64,000 nucleotides of DNA from Alphaproteobacteria bacterium (GTDB lineage Bacteria > Pseudomonadota > Alphaproteobacteria > CALKHQ01): contig CBDDFZ010000002.1 of assembly GCA_965227515.1 (NCBI GenBank), forward strand, positions 1,280,001 to 1,344,000, read 5' to 3'. The notes beneath the pieces are model-generated. The model searched no databases and had not been told where the DNA came from. It saw only the letters and a list, made by a program, of their open reading frames with translations. Below, piece after piece: positions 1 through 9,060 of this stretch (its first letter is position 1; each line of letters starts with the position of its first letter). The position numbers were made by a program, and so were the translations under genes.

Positions 1-1454
1 CTCTTGCGCACGCTGACCGCTTCCGCCGCGTTGCGCGCCTCGATCAAGGCGGCGTACTCGGCGTTCTCGGCGCTCGACTCAACCAGCAGTCCCAGGACGT
101 CGACATGGTCCTCGGCGTCGATCCGGCGCAGCCAGTGGCGCATCCAGATGTGATTGTCGCTCGTGCCCAGTCGCAGCCACCCGCCATTGGCGGACTGCGG
201 CGCGTCGCCCGGCAGGCCGGCGGCGAGCTGGATCGCGCGTTCAAGCGCGAACCGGTCGTCGCGGCACAACGCTTCAAGGAAGGCCGAGGAGGAGTTCTGC
301 GTGTGGCTTTCCAGGTGCGGGCAGCCCGGCAGATCTCCGACATGGACATCGTGCAGGTCGATATCGCCGTTGCTATCGACCCGTGCGCGGTAGGCCACGA
401 TCGGCTGCGGGCGCAGAATTTCCGAGAGGCCGGTCCTAAGGATCGCGTTATGGCCCGGGGCGGCAGTGGCATCGGCCGTGCCTGCGGGTTCCTCAGATAC
501 AGATGCGCCCGACACCGATACGTCCGACACCGATACGTCCGAGACCGGCGCGCCGGCACCTGCGACGGTCTCAGCCATATCCATCTCAGCGCCGCCATGG
601 CCCGCCAGTGACGGTTGAGTGGCCTCTGGCGCCGGGCCGGGGCGGGACGCCACCGCGAAGCGCACAGCGATTGCCGTGCCCAGGATCAGCAGTGCACTGA
701 TCACGATGGTCGGGATGACGCCGGTCCACCACGCCGCTGGCAGTCCGGGCGTCGTCGGGTGCAATGCCAGCTCAAGCCCGAATGGCGAGGCAATCGGGGC
801 CACAAGCGCATTTGCCGGCACGTCTCCGTCGCCGAACGGTGCATCGGCCGGCTGCCCGATCGCCGCAGGATCGAACGGCGCGCTGATCCAGACCCGGCCC
901 GTCGAGGCCGAGACCACAGCCACGCCGGGCACCGACGCGGCCGCCTCCTCCAAGGCGGAAAGGATCGGCTCCAGCGGCATTGCCGCCGCGGCCAACCCGC
1001 CCTCACGGGGGGCATGCAGCGCCGCGACGAACCACTGGCCGTTTACGTTGTATGGCAGCGTCAGCGCCGGCAGGCCGGGGCCGGCGCCATTCGCCACCGC
1101 CGACGCGCGCGCATCCGGGGGCAGCAACGCCCAGGTCTCGCCGGCCGCAAGCACGCGCGCGACGATGCCGTGTGCGCCGGTCAATGTCCCGGTCGCGTCC
1201 GCCTCGCTGGTCGCGCCAATGTTGTTGACCGCGCTGGCCAGCATGTTGATTTCCATGCTCAGCGTGGCAGCGGCGCGCGCGCCGATCAACTGCTGCTGGG
1301 CGATCTGGTGATCGGTCTCGAGCGAAATGGTCCGGGCGATCCAAAGCGCCAAAACGGCTGCGCCCGCCAGAATGACGACAGCCGACCAGCGCCATTGCCG
1401 CCAGTGGTGCGTCCAACGTCTTGAATTCTGTTTACCGGCCAAACCACCGGTCAT
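1..1454 (-). CDS. Membrane-anchored sensor protein, probably histidine kinase, N-terminal part (runs off the window's left edge)
   Basis: Frame from ATG 1454 appears open to the window edge (absent from the ORF track, consistent with no stop). Two hydrophobic segments (WSAVVILAGAAVLALWIA; WWTGVIPTIVISALLILGTAIAV). It ends ...LIEARNAAEAVSVRK, the coiled coil that typically precedes a HisKA H-box. Confidence 0.6.
   Translation of the reverse strand, partial: MTGGLAGKQNSRRWTHHWRQWRWSAVVILAGAAVLALWIARTISLETDHQIAQQQLIGARAAATLSMEINMLASAVNNIGATSEADATGTLTGAHGIVARVLAAGETWALLPPDARASAVANGAGPGLPALTLPYNVNGQWFVAALHAPREGGLAAAAMPLEPILSALEEAAASVPGVAVVSASTGRVWISAPFDPAAIGQPADAPFGDGDVPANALVAPIASPFGLELALHPTTPGLPAAWWTGVIPTIVISALLILGTAIAVRFAVASRPGPAPEATQPSLAGHGGAEMDMAETVAGAGAPVSDVSVSDVSVSGASVSEEPAGTADATAAPGHNAILRTGLSEILRPQPIVAYRARVDSNGDIDLHDVHVGDLPGCPHLESHTQNSSSAFLEALCRDDRFALERAIQLAAGLPGDAPQSANGGWLRLGTSDNHIWMRHWLRRIDAEDHVDVLGLLVESSAENAEYAALIEARNAAEAVSVRK
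509..548. repeat. 15-bp tandem repeat (CCGACACCGATACGT x2 plus partial copy) inside the sensor gene
   Basis: Seen directly; encodes VSDVSVSDVSVS in an acidic linker. Confidence 0.85.
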
Positions 1455-1774
1455 AAGCCTGCCTGCATCGGTCACGATCTGCCGCCATCCTGGGGCAAAC
1501 GGCGAGGCCGCGCAGGCCCGTCGAACTGGAATGCCCCCAAACTCCCCCATCGGCGCCAATCGTTTCCTACGATTGGCTGTTCTCGCGCAAAATCCCCATC
1601 CGGATGATGCGCCATGCGAACGCCGACCCATAGCAGCTTTGGCCGCGAATCGCGAGATGAAATGCGGTTAACTACATATGGAAGTTCGGTTGGGCGCGTT
1701 AACCATGCCGAGTGCTGAGCCCCGCGACGCCACTGGTTGACTGTCAAAGTGTCGTTTATTACTTGTCGCGCGTT

Positions 1775-2725
1775 CTAATTTTGCACCGCGTTTGAGAAGT
1801 AATACAAGACAGCGGACAGCGTAACAATGGATACTAGCGTTGAGAATATGATCACGGAGACGGCGCGCTGAACATAGATGTTGTGCTGCTGCGCCAATAC
1901 ATAGACCAACGAGCCGGTTGGCAGCGCCGCGAGTGTCATCGCGATCGCGAAGCTGGATTCCGGCAGCCCGATCACAAGTGCGAGCGCCAAGGTGATCGCC
2001 GGGTGGACGATCAACTTGAACCAGGTGACCCAGGCTACTTCGCGCCATCCGTCTGAAAGGCGCCGCCCCACCATGAACAGGCCCATGGCGAACAGCGCGC
2101 ACGGGCCCGCGGTGGCGGCCAGCAGGTCGAAGACCCGCGACAGGGCGGTCGGCATGGCATCGGTGCCGACGAAATACGACCACAGCACACCTGCCGCGGC
2201 CGACACGACCAATGGGTTGCTGATGCCCGCCAGGAAGGCCGATTGCGCCGTCTTGACCGGGTTCGAGCGCTCTGCCGTCGCCAGCTTCAGCAGGATCGCA
2301 CACAGCGGCATCACGATCGTGCCGGTACACAGGGTGGCGATCACGGCGGGCAGGGTGCCGGTGGGGCCGAACGCGGCGGTAATCAGGGGGATGCCCATGT
2401 AACCGGTATTGCTGAACATGGCAGACATCGCGTGCAGCGTGCCGGATCCGGGCGCGTCGTCGACAAAGATGCGGTGCAGCAGCAGGGCGAGTGCGAAACT
2501 GACGAGGAGCCCGCCCAGGAAGACGGCGATGAAGGGCCAGTCCAGCACAGCCTCGACCGGCGCGCGGGCCATCGAGATGAAGAACAGGGCCGGCAGCGAG
2601 ATGTAGAAGACGAAACGGTTCAGCGCCTCGGAACTGGCGGCCCCCATCAGCCCGATGCGGCCGACCGCGTATCCGCACCCGATGATCGCGAAGATCGGCA
2701 CGACGACGTCGATGATTGCATTCAT
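1775..2725 (-). CDS. AEC (auxin efflux carrier) family transporter
   Basis: MNAIIDVVVPIFAIIGCGY, LNRFVFYISLPALFF, FSNTGYMGIPL and KLIVHP motifs; about 10 TM segments. Confidence 0.9.
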   Translation of the reverse strand: MNAIIDVVVPIFAIIGCGYAVGRIGLMGAASSEALNRFVFYISLPALFFISMARAPVEAVLDWPFIAVFLGGLLVSFALALLLHRIFVDDAPGSGTLHAMSAMFSNTGYMGIPLITAAFGPTGTLPAVIATLCTGTIVMPLCAILLKLATAERSNPVKTAQSAFLAGISNPLVVSAAAGVLWSYFVGTDAMPTALSRVFDLLAATAGPCALFAMGLFMVGRRLSDGWREVAWVTWFKLIVHPAITLALALVIGLPESSFAIAMTLAALPTGSLVYVLAQQHNIYVQRAVSVIIFSTLVSIVTLSAVLYYFSNAVQN

Positions 2726-2910
2726 GGGGTGTGGCGGGTCTCTTGGCGATGGTTTGGCGCCCGGTCCGGCCGGGTGCGTTCGGCACCCCGCGCTTGACGG
2801 GCGGGCCGGCATTCCCTAAGTGCGAGGCTTCGGTCTGCCGATGGCTTAGCCGAAGCGGGCCGCGCTGCAAATCGAAAGCTGATCCCCAACAAGGACAATT
2901 CTATTCCGCC

Positions 2911-3315
2911 ATGCTCGATGCACAGACCGCTCTCATCTACACGATGATCCTTTGCTCCGCCGCCGACAGTGAAATGAACGATCACGAGTTCAACAAGATT
3001 GGTGTCATCGTGCGTGGCCTGCCGATTTTCGAGGAGTTCGATGCGGCGATGCTGCCGCGGATCGCATCCGGTGTGGTCGACAAGCTGAACGAGGAAGACG
3101 GGCTAGATCATCTGCTGGACGAGATCCACGCATCGTTGCCGGACAATCTGGCGGAGACCGCCTATGCGCTGGCGTGCGACGTGGTCGCGGCCGACGGCCA
3201 GGCAAGCCAGGAAGAGCTGCGCCTGCTGGAGATGTTGCGCTACCGTTTGGAAGTGGGCCGGCTTTCCGCCGCTGCCATCGAGCACGGTGCGCGCGTCCGC
3301 CACCAAACCCAATAG
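2911..3315 (+). CDS. TerB family (tellurite resistance-like) protein
   Basis: SAADSEM...ETAYALACDVVAADG...EELRLLEMLR...AAAIEHGAR pattern of alphaproteobacterial TerB proteins. Confidence 0.85.
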   Translation: MLDAQTALIYTMILCSAADSEMNDHEFNKIGVIVRGLPIFEEFDAAMLPRIASGVVDKLNEEDGLDHLLDEIHASLPDNLAETAYALACDVVAADGQASQEELRLLEMLRYRLEVGRLSAAAIEHGARVRHQTQ

Positions 3316-3512
3316 GATTTGGCGCCCCGCCTGTTGCCCTCGTTTCCGGCGTCAGGTTCAAGCATCGCAAACATGGCGTCGCGGTACGCCTTGCCAAACG
3401 TGATTGGCATGCCGCCCTCAACATGACCACTATGTGACCGAGCACGGCCACCCCGCACGGGACAGGGCGCGGGACGGGCCGGCGAACGTCGAGTGGACGG
3501 GAAGGCGGCGCG

Positions 3513-4556
3513 ATGGAACCGATCGCACCTCTACCGAGGCGAATTGCGCAACGACGCATTGCCTTTCTGCTCGTCCCCGATTTCTCGATGATCGCGTTCA
3601 CCACTGCCGTGGAGCCGCTGCGCGTGGCGAACCGCGTGCTTGGCGATCGGGTCTACGACTGGACGGTGCTGTCGGTTTCCGGTGCGCCGGTTTCCGCCAG
3701 CAACGGTGTGTCGGTGATGGTGGATGGCGCGCTGCCCAGCCATCCGCCCCACGTACCGCCGCGCCCCGACCTGGTGATGGTCTGCGCCGGCCTGAACGTC
3801 GCCGCCGCGGCCGACCGGATGTTGTTGCAGGCATTGCGGCGCTGGCACCATGCCGATGTGGCCCTTGGCGGCGTGTGCACCGGCACATGGCTGCTGGCGG
3901 AGGCCGGCCTGCTGGAGGACGTGCGCTGTGTGATCCATTGGGAGGCGCTGCCGGCGTTCGCCGAGCGCTTTCCCGATGCCGACGTGCGCGCCGACCTCTA
4001 CCAGAGCGACCGGGGCTTCCTGACCTGTGCCGGCGGTACCGCGCCGCTGGACATGATGCTGCACATGGTGGCCGAGGATCTGGGCGACGATGTGGTGTCC
4101 GGTGCCTGCCAGCAGATCATCACCGACCGCGTGCGTCAGCACGGCGAAAGCCAGACCCTGCCGATCGGTAGCCGGCTGAAGATCGCCAACGGGCGCCTGT
4201 TGGAGATGGTGCGGCTGATGGAGACCAACATTTCCGAGCCATTGTCGCTGGAGGACATCGCGGCCGCCGTGAAGCTCTCCCGCCGCCAGGTCGAGCGGCT
4301 GTACCAGCGGCATCTCGGCATGTCCCCGGCGCGCTGCTACACGCTGCTGCGGCTCAATCGCGCCCATTTGCTGCTCACCCAGTCCGACCTGCCCGTGCTT
4401 CAGGTGGCGCTTGCATGCGGCTTCGTCTCGGCGTCGCACTTCTCCAAGTGCTACCGCGCCGTGTACGGGCGGCCGCCGGCGCGCGACCGGATGGGGCAGG
4501 GAACGTTCGAGACCGGCCTTGCCGCGCCGGCCGATCGGCCGCTGAAGATGGCGTAG
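3513..4556 (+). CDS. GlxA family AraC-type transcriptional regulator (DJ-1/PfpI + HTH)
   Basis: FSMIAF..AVEPLRVAN, GVCTG, IHWE, TCAGGTA, SRRQVERL and CGFVSASHFSKCYR motifs. Confidence 0.92.
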   Translation: MEPIAPLPRRIAQRRIAFLLVPDFSMIAFTTAVEPLRVANRVLGDRVYDWTVLSVSGAPVSASNGVSVMVDGALPSHPPHVPPRPDLVMVCAGLNVAAAADRMLLQALRRWHHADVALGGVCTGTWLLAEAGLLEDVRCVIHWEALPAFAERFPDADVRADLYQSDRGFLTCAGGTAPLDMMLHMVAEDLGDDVVSGACQQIITDRVRQHGESQTLPIGSRLKIANGRLLEMVRLMETNISEPLSLEDIAAAVKLSRRQVERLYQRHLGMSPARCYTLLRLNRAHLLLTQSDLPVLQVALACGFVSASHFSKCYRAVYGRPPARDRMGQGTFETGLAAPADRPLKMA

Positions 4557-4579
4557 CGCCACGGAAAGGCTGGGCGCCG

Positions 4580-4790
4580 GTTACAATCAGTTACAGTAAT
4601 TAAAGAGAAAATCGAAAAAATCTGTTCTGAAAATAAATAATGGACAAGTTTATATTTGATTTCAGATAATAACAGTTGGAAGTGATAACCAATCTGAAAC
4701 CAATCTTTAAAGGATAGACTATTAGCGTCCCCACGAAGGTAATGCGTGCATTGGTGAAATCTGTGCGTCCTGACAACAAAGAAGCAGGGC
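4580..4790. promoter_or_regulatory. AT-rich intergenic region upstream of the 4806 gene
   Basis: Sharp drop in GC; imperfect inverted repeat TCTGAAAATAAATAA...TTATATTTGATTTCAGA (about 4627-4666). Confidence 0.45.
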
Positions 4791-4805
4791 GAGGGGACAG
4801 GCAAC

Positions 4806-5660
4806 ATGAACTCACAGACCTATGTGGTCGACGGCGATGTCGACACGCGTGTCACGGTCACGGAGCTGGAGGACGGCTCCCTCAAGATCGACCTGGAGGT
4901 GCTCGACGACACCGGCTTCATCGGCGACCTGGGCGCGATGTATTTCGACCTGGCGGACGATGGCCTGGCCGAGAGCCTTTCGGTCAGTGGCGAGCAGGTC
5001 GCGACGTCGTCGTTCACCGGCGACGTCTTTGCGGCGTTCGACCAGTATGAAATGTCCGACGCCGCGTATGGCGCGGTTGGCGACACGTTCGATGGCGGCA
5101 TCGAGCTCGTCTCACTCGGTGCCGACGGCGACGGCATCCAGGCGACGACGTTCTATCTGTCGAGCAGCCTGCGCGACCTGACGGTCGACGACCTCGTGCA
5201 GCAACAGATCGCCATCGGGGTCACCAGCGTCAGTTTCGTCACGAGCGATGACTCAGAGCCGGAGCCGGATCCCGACCCGGCCGAGGAGGCAGAGGCCACG
5301 CCGTTGGACGCCCTGGACGACATCCTGTTCGTGTTCGATGCCGATCGCGCCAGCGGCAACACGCTGGACAACGATACCGGCGACATGCTTGCGGTCAGCG
5401 CGGTCAACGGCGAAGCGGGCAATGTGGGCCAGGCGATCACGGTCACGTCCATTGGCGGGCGGACCGGGCAGCTGACCATCGATGCCGACGGCATGTTGCT
5501 GTTCGATCAGCTCGGCAATTTTTCCGACCTCGGGCAAGGCGAGGTCGACATCGTCATGGTCACCTATCAGGCGACCGACGGCGGCGGCGCGTTCGACACC
5601 GCGACCACGTCGTTGCAGATCGTCGGCGGCAACAATTCCGACGAGTTCCTGCTTGGCTAG
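4806..5660 (+). CDS. Acidic extracellular-type protein with C-terminal Ig/cadherin-like (VCBS-like) domain
   Basis: ALDD...SGNTLDNDTGD.LAVSAVNG...GQLTIDADG...F..LGQGE..D...TYQATDGGG...TAT motif; very D/E-rich; no signal peptide; ends SDEFLLG. Confidence 0.65.
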   Translation: MNSQTYVVDGDVDTRVTVTELEDGSLKIDLEVLDDTGFIGDLGAMYFDLADDGLAESLSVSGEQVATSSFTGDVFAAFDQYEMSDAAYGAVGDTFDGGIELVSLGADGDGIQATTFYLSSSLRDLTVDDLVQQQIAIGVTSVSFVTSDDSEPEPDPDPAEEAEATPLDALDDILFVFDADRASGNTLDNDTGDMLAVSAVNGEAGNVGQAITVTSIGGRTGQLTIDADGMLLFDQLGNFSDLGQGEVDIVMVTYQATDGGGAFDTATTSLQIVGGNNSDEFLLG

Positions 5661-5684
5661 GTTGCGTTTCGACAGGGAGCCCGG

Positions 5685-6128
5685 CTACGGGTTCAGCACC
5701 AGCGGCAGCACGGTGCGGCCGGGCGGGAAGCCCTCGCCGTCGGAGACGTCTTCCTCGTAGACCTCCAGGTGGCCCACCTGCTGTTCCGTCACCGCAAAAT
5801 CGACGGTGAACGAGAATGCGCCGGGCCCGTCGACGGCGCCGCCCATGGTGAAGCCGTCGGCGACCACGCTGCCGTCGCGGGCGAGCAGGCGCCACACCAC
5901 CGTGCCCTCGAACGTGCGCGAGCAGCCGGCGACCGCGAAGCCGCTGTCGACGCGCGCTCCGGCGACCGGGGTGGTGGCGATGACGAAGGCGGCGCTGGAG
6001 AGCGCTGCATCGCTGTTGTCGCAAGAGTCAGGCGTTGCGGGGGGATCGCCGCCCGACTGCGCCGGGCTCTGGGTGCAGCCGATCACCATCGCCGTGAGCA
6101 GCGCCACGGCGCCTGGAACCTTCGTCAT
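5685..6128 (-). CDS. Gmad2 immunoglobulin-like domain protein, probable lipoprotein
   Basis: Signal ending MVIGC; P..GA.V.SGF.V.G.SRTFEGTVVWRL...DG.V.A.GF..G...GAFSFTV...G.LEVYE....DG pattern. Confidence 0.7.
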   Translation of the reverse strand: MTKVPGAVALLTAMVIGCTQSPAQSGGDPPATPDSCDNSDAALSSAAFVIATTPVAGARVDSGFAVAGCSRTFEGTVVWRLLARDGSVVADGFTMGGAVDGPGAFSFTVDFAVTEQQVGHLEVYEEDVSDGEGFPPGRTVLPLVLNP

Positions 6129-6219
6129 CTGACCCTCCGTGTGTTTTGTGGCCTTGTTGTTCGCCCCACTATCCAATGTCCGGCGGGCAATGGCCAGCAA
6201 CCAAGGCCTCGACATCGAG

Positions 6220-6248
6220 AGTCATTGATTGCAATGCAATCAATGACT
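6220..6248. promoter_or_regulatory. Perfect inverted repeat, likely autoregulatory operator of the toxin-antitoxin operon
   Basis: AGTCATTGATTGCA-A-TGCAATCAATGACT lies about 24 bp upstream of the antitoxin ATG; RHH antitoxins commonly bind such repeats. Confidence 0.7.
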
Positions 6249-6271
6249 ACATTGCTGTCTTTGGAGGTGGC

Positions 6272-6514
6272 ATGGCGAGCATTACGATCCGGAACCTGGA
6301 CGAGGGGCTGAAACGGCGGCTGCGCGTGCGCGCTGCCGAGCACGGTCACTCGATGGAGGAGGAGGTGCGTGAGATCCTCCGTCAGGTTGTCGAGGGCAAT
6401 GCGCCACCTTCAAACCTGGCGGCCGCCATTCGTGCCCGGATCGCACCACTCGGGGGCGTCGATCTGGAGGTGCCGCCACGGGAGCTCATGCGAGCGCCCC
6501 CAGACTTCGAGTGA
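6272..6514 (+). CDS. FitA/StbC-like ribbon-helix-helix antitoxin
   Basis: MASITIRNLDEGLKRRLRVRAAEHGHSMEEEVREIL; GGAGG RBS; lies upstream of a PIN toxin. Confidence 0.9.
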   Translation: MASITIRNLDEGLKRRLRVRAAEHGHSMEEEVREILRQVVEGNAPPSNLAAAIRARIAPLGGVDLEVPPRELMRAPPDFE

Positions 6515-6538
6515 AACCCAACCTGATTGGCCGGGCGC

Positions 6539-6961
6539 GTGGTCATCCTGGATACAAACGTGATTTCTGAGATGCTGCGGCCGACACCGGCGCCGCGCGT
6601 TGAAGGCTGGCTCGCGGTACAGGAGAGCACAGGCACATTCTTGACGGCGATCAGCGAGGCCGAACTGCGCTACGGCGTGGCTTTGCTGCCCGCCGGCCGG
6701 CGGCGCGCGATCCTTGCCGATGCGGTCGACAACATCATCCGCGTGGATTTTCGCGGTCGTGTTCTGCCGTTCGGGAGCGCCGCCGCTGTGGCCTACGCAG
6801 CCATTGCGGCGGACCGGCGGGCGGCTGGGCGGCCGATCAGTCAACCGGATTGTCAGATCGCCGCGATCGCGCGCGCGGCCGGCGCGGCCGTTGCCACGCG
6901 CAATGTCATGGATTTCGAAGGTTGCGGGATCGGGGTGATCGATCCTTGGACCGCCGGATAG
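6539..6961 (+). CDS. vapC: VapC/FitB PIN-domain toxin
   Basis: ILDTNVISE, AELRYG, DCQIAAIA and ATRN..DF PIN motifs. Confidence 0.92.
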   Translation: MVILDTNVISEMLRPTPAPRVEGWLAVQESTGTFLTAISEAELRYGVALLPAGRRRAILADAVDNIIRVDFRGRVLPFGSAAAVAYAAIAADRRAAGRPISQPDCQIAAIARAAGAAVATRNVMDFEGCGIGVIDPWTAG

Positions 6962-7043
6962 GGCCGGCACCGCGCGGGTGGGTTGACGGCATGCGCCCAC
7001 TAGCCATATGGATTCTTGATCGGATATCGATAGGAGCGGCGTC

Positions 7044-7304
7044 ATGGCTGGCGGATGGGCCCGCGACGGGGCGGTGCAGGATCAGATCGACGACACCATC
7101 GCGGATGGCGTGAAGCACGCACGCGGCCAGATGCCGACCGGCGAAAGCGCGCTCTATTGCGTTGTGTGCGAGGAGGAAATCCCCGAGGCTCGGCGCCTGG
7201 CTGTGCCCGGCGTGAAAACGTGCGTCCACTGCCAGTCGAAGAACGACAACCGCATCCCGCCCGGCTTCAACCGCCGCGGCAGCAAGGACAGCCAGCTGCG
7301 GTAA
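7044..7304 (+). CDS. DksA/TraR family C4 zinc-finger protein (YbiI-like)
   Basis: MAGGWARDGAVQDQID...CVVC..EIPEARRLAVPGVKTCVHCQ...FNRRGSKDSQLR. Confidence 0.92.
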   Translation: MAGGWARDGAVQDQIDDTIADGVKHARGQMPTGESALYCVVCEEEIPEARRLAVPGVKTCVHCQSKNDNRIPPGFNRRGSKDSQLR

Positions 7305-7325
7305 AGGCCCTGGGTGGCAATCGTC

Positions 7326-7381
7326 GTAGCCTGGGTGGAACGAAGTGGAACCCGGGTTTCGTTGCACTTCACCCAGGCCAC
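7326..7381. repeat. GTAG-family REP doublet (hairpin)
   Basis: GTAGCCTGGGTGGAACGAAGTGGAACCCGGG...TTCACCCAGGCCAC; near-identical copy at 8277. Confidence 0.8.
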
Positions 7382-7417
7382 GCTTGCTATCTAGCCTGTG
7401 TGGATCAACACCACGTC

Positions 7418-7526
7418 CGTCATCGCGAGCCCGCGCAGCGGGCGCGGCGATCCAGGCGATTAACGGACATTTGCAGGTGTTACTCTGGATTGCCGCGTCG
7501 CGCTTTTGGCGCACCTCGCAACGACG
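7418..7526. repeat. CGTC-family REP-like palindromic element
   Basis: CGTCATCGCGAG...GCGATCCAG / CTGGATTGCCGCG...CTCGCAACGACG inverted arms. Confidence 0.75.
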
Positions 7527-7537
7527 AGCATGGAATT

Positions 7538-7568
7538 GTAGCCTGGGTGAAACGAAGTGAAGCCCAGG
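7538..7568 (+). repeat. Single GTAG-family REP
   Basis: GTAGCCTGGGTGAAACGAAGTGAAGCCCAGG, same family as the copies at 7326 and 8277. Confidence 0.75.
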
Positions 7569-7598
7569 TTTTGCGGAGTCCCGCATGCTTCAAGAAAA

Positions 7599-8201
7599 TC
7601 AGGTTAGTTTTCGTTTTCTAACAAAATCGAGAGCATCTTGAATTTTGGGAATTGATTCACCCAATAACTCTTTATTGAGTTCTATTTCAGTGTAACCTTC
7701 ATAGTTGTGATACATGTAAGCTGTGTTCTCTCCGGATTTGTTTGCGCCTAGGTAAATATTGGCGTAGCGGTTCACGAACGATCGGTGTCGATTGGTGAAG
7801 CGATACCCGCCATGATTATCTCGGAGCGGTAAGGTATCATTGTTGCCTATCCAGCATTGCGCGATCTGAAGGCTTTTCAGTAGGCCGCGGATCTCCAAGC
7901 ATTTTGTGGTCCGCATGGGTTCTCTATAATATTCTGCATGGCTATCATAGCAGGTGCTGCTCGTGTTAGTTTTGGTGCAGATTACAACACTCCACGTTTT
8001 GTTCCAACCGCGAAAGTAGTATATATTGACTAGCTTCGTTCGCTGGAATCGAAAAATATAGCCACGTCCGATCCAGCAAATACTCATAATAAGATATGAC
8101 AGAGCCAAGAAAAAGATTTCAATGGGTATCAATATTAGTGGGACAAATCGTTCCAGAGTCAATGTTTTGCGAGGTGTATCGCTGCTCGATTTGCCTGTCA
8201 T
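7599..8201 (-). CDS. Low-GC hypothetical protein with one N-terminal hydrophobic segment
   Basis: 200-aa ORF in an AT-rich block, where long chance ORFs are less likely; no family recognised. Confidence 0.5.
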   Translation of the reverse strand: MTGKSSSDTPRKTLTLERFVPLILIPIEIFFLALSYLIMSICWIGRGYIFRFQRTKLVNIYYFRGWNKTWSVVICTKTNTSSTCYDSHAEYYREPMRTTKCLEIRGLLKSLQIAQCWIGNNDTLPLRDNHGGYRFTNRHRSFVNRYANIYLGANKSGENTAYMYHNYEGYTEIELNKELLGESIPKIQDALDFVRKRKLT

Positions 8202-8276
8202 CCCGACAACGCCTCGTGTTCCGAAATATGCGGGCCACCGGCGATGATGTGGGCCGGGTGGAACTGGTAGACACCC

Positions 8277-8331
8277 GTAGCCTGGGTGGAACGAAGTGGA
8301 ACCCGGGTTTCGCTCCGCTCCACCCGGGCTC
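8277..8331. repeat. GTAG-family REP doublet
   Basis: First 31 nt identical to the 7326 copy, followed by TTTCGCTCCGCTCCACCCGGGCTC. Confidence 0.8.
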
Positions 8332-8354
8332 GTTTCGCCTGCGTGCCGTGCCGG

Positions 8355-9014
8355 CTAATAGAACCGGCAGCCGTCGTTGTCGAATAGGTCGAGTTGTTGG
8401 GCGTACTGCGCCTCACCGCGGGCGATGGCATCGCCCAGGCGCTCGGCGATGAATTCGCGTTCGACGATGACCTCGCCGGTGGTGGCGTCGGCGAAACCGA
8501 CGCGGATCGGCTTGCCGGCCGCAAACGTGTTCACCAGCACATCGAAAATCTCGTCGCCACTGTCGGTCCTGTTTTCGCCGTCGACGATGTAGGCGGCAAC
8601 GCGGTTATTATCCTCAACGTCCGCCTCCGCGGTCATCGTGCGCTCGCTGCTGCCGAACAGGCCGCCGGAATACTGGAACACGACCTGCAACTCGCGGCCC
8701 TCGAACGGCCAATAGCCGCCCTGCGTACGACGCACCTCCGGCACGAGCCGTGGCGCAAACTCCATCCCCGGCGGCATCGGCAACGAATAGAAAAGCTGCA
8801 CGCCGCCGTCTTGCGGCGCGTCGAAGTAGATATTGTAACCGTTCGGGTCGGCGTAAAGCTCCACTGAGCCGATCGTCTCGGTGACGGCGCAATCGGGCAG
8901 CGACGTCTGTGCGAAGGCGGCGTTTCCGCCCAAGGCCAACAGTAACGTGGCGACGCAAGGCCATCGGCGGAAGTGCTGCGTTGCCGATAGCGGCCGGCGG
9001 ATCGGATTATGCAT
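8355..9014 (-). CDS. Secreted hypothetical protein
   Basis: Signal peptide (..LLLALGGNAAFA|Q); Cys near both ends of the mature chain; start uncertain (9014-9050). Confidence 0.65.
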   Translation of the reverse strand: MHNPIRRPLSATQHFRRWPCVATLLLALGGNAAFAQTSLPDCAVTETIGSVELYADPNGYNIYFDAPQDGGVQLFYSLPMPPGMEFAPRLVPEVRRTQGGYWPFEGRELQVVFQYSGGLFGSSERTMTAEADVEDNNRVAAYIVDGENRTDSGDEIFDVLVNTFAAGKPIRVGFADATTGEVIVEREFIAERLGDAIARGEAQYAQQLDLFDNDGCRFY

Positions 9015-9060
9015 TGGTGCCTCCATCCAGTTCGACTTTTCGAAGACCAATGCAGCAAGT

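Noticed and set aside
44-1424. ORF-track calls such as 44..598(-) and 615..1424(+)
   Set aside because: Arg/Pro-rich low-complexity translations; the plausible gene is the minus-strand frame from 1454 that runs off the window.
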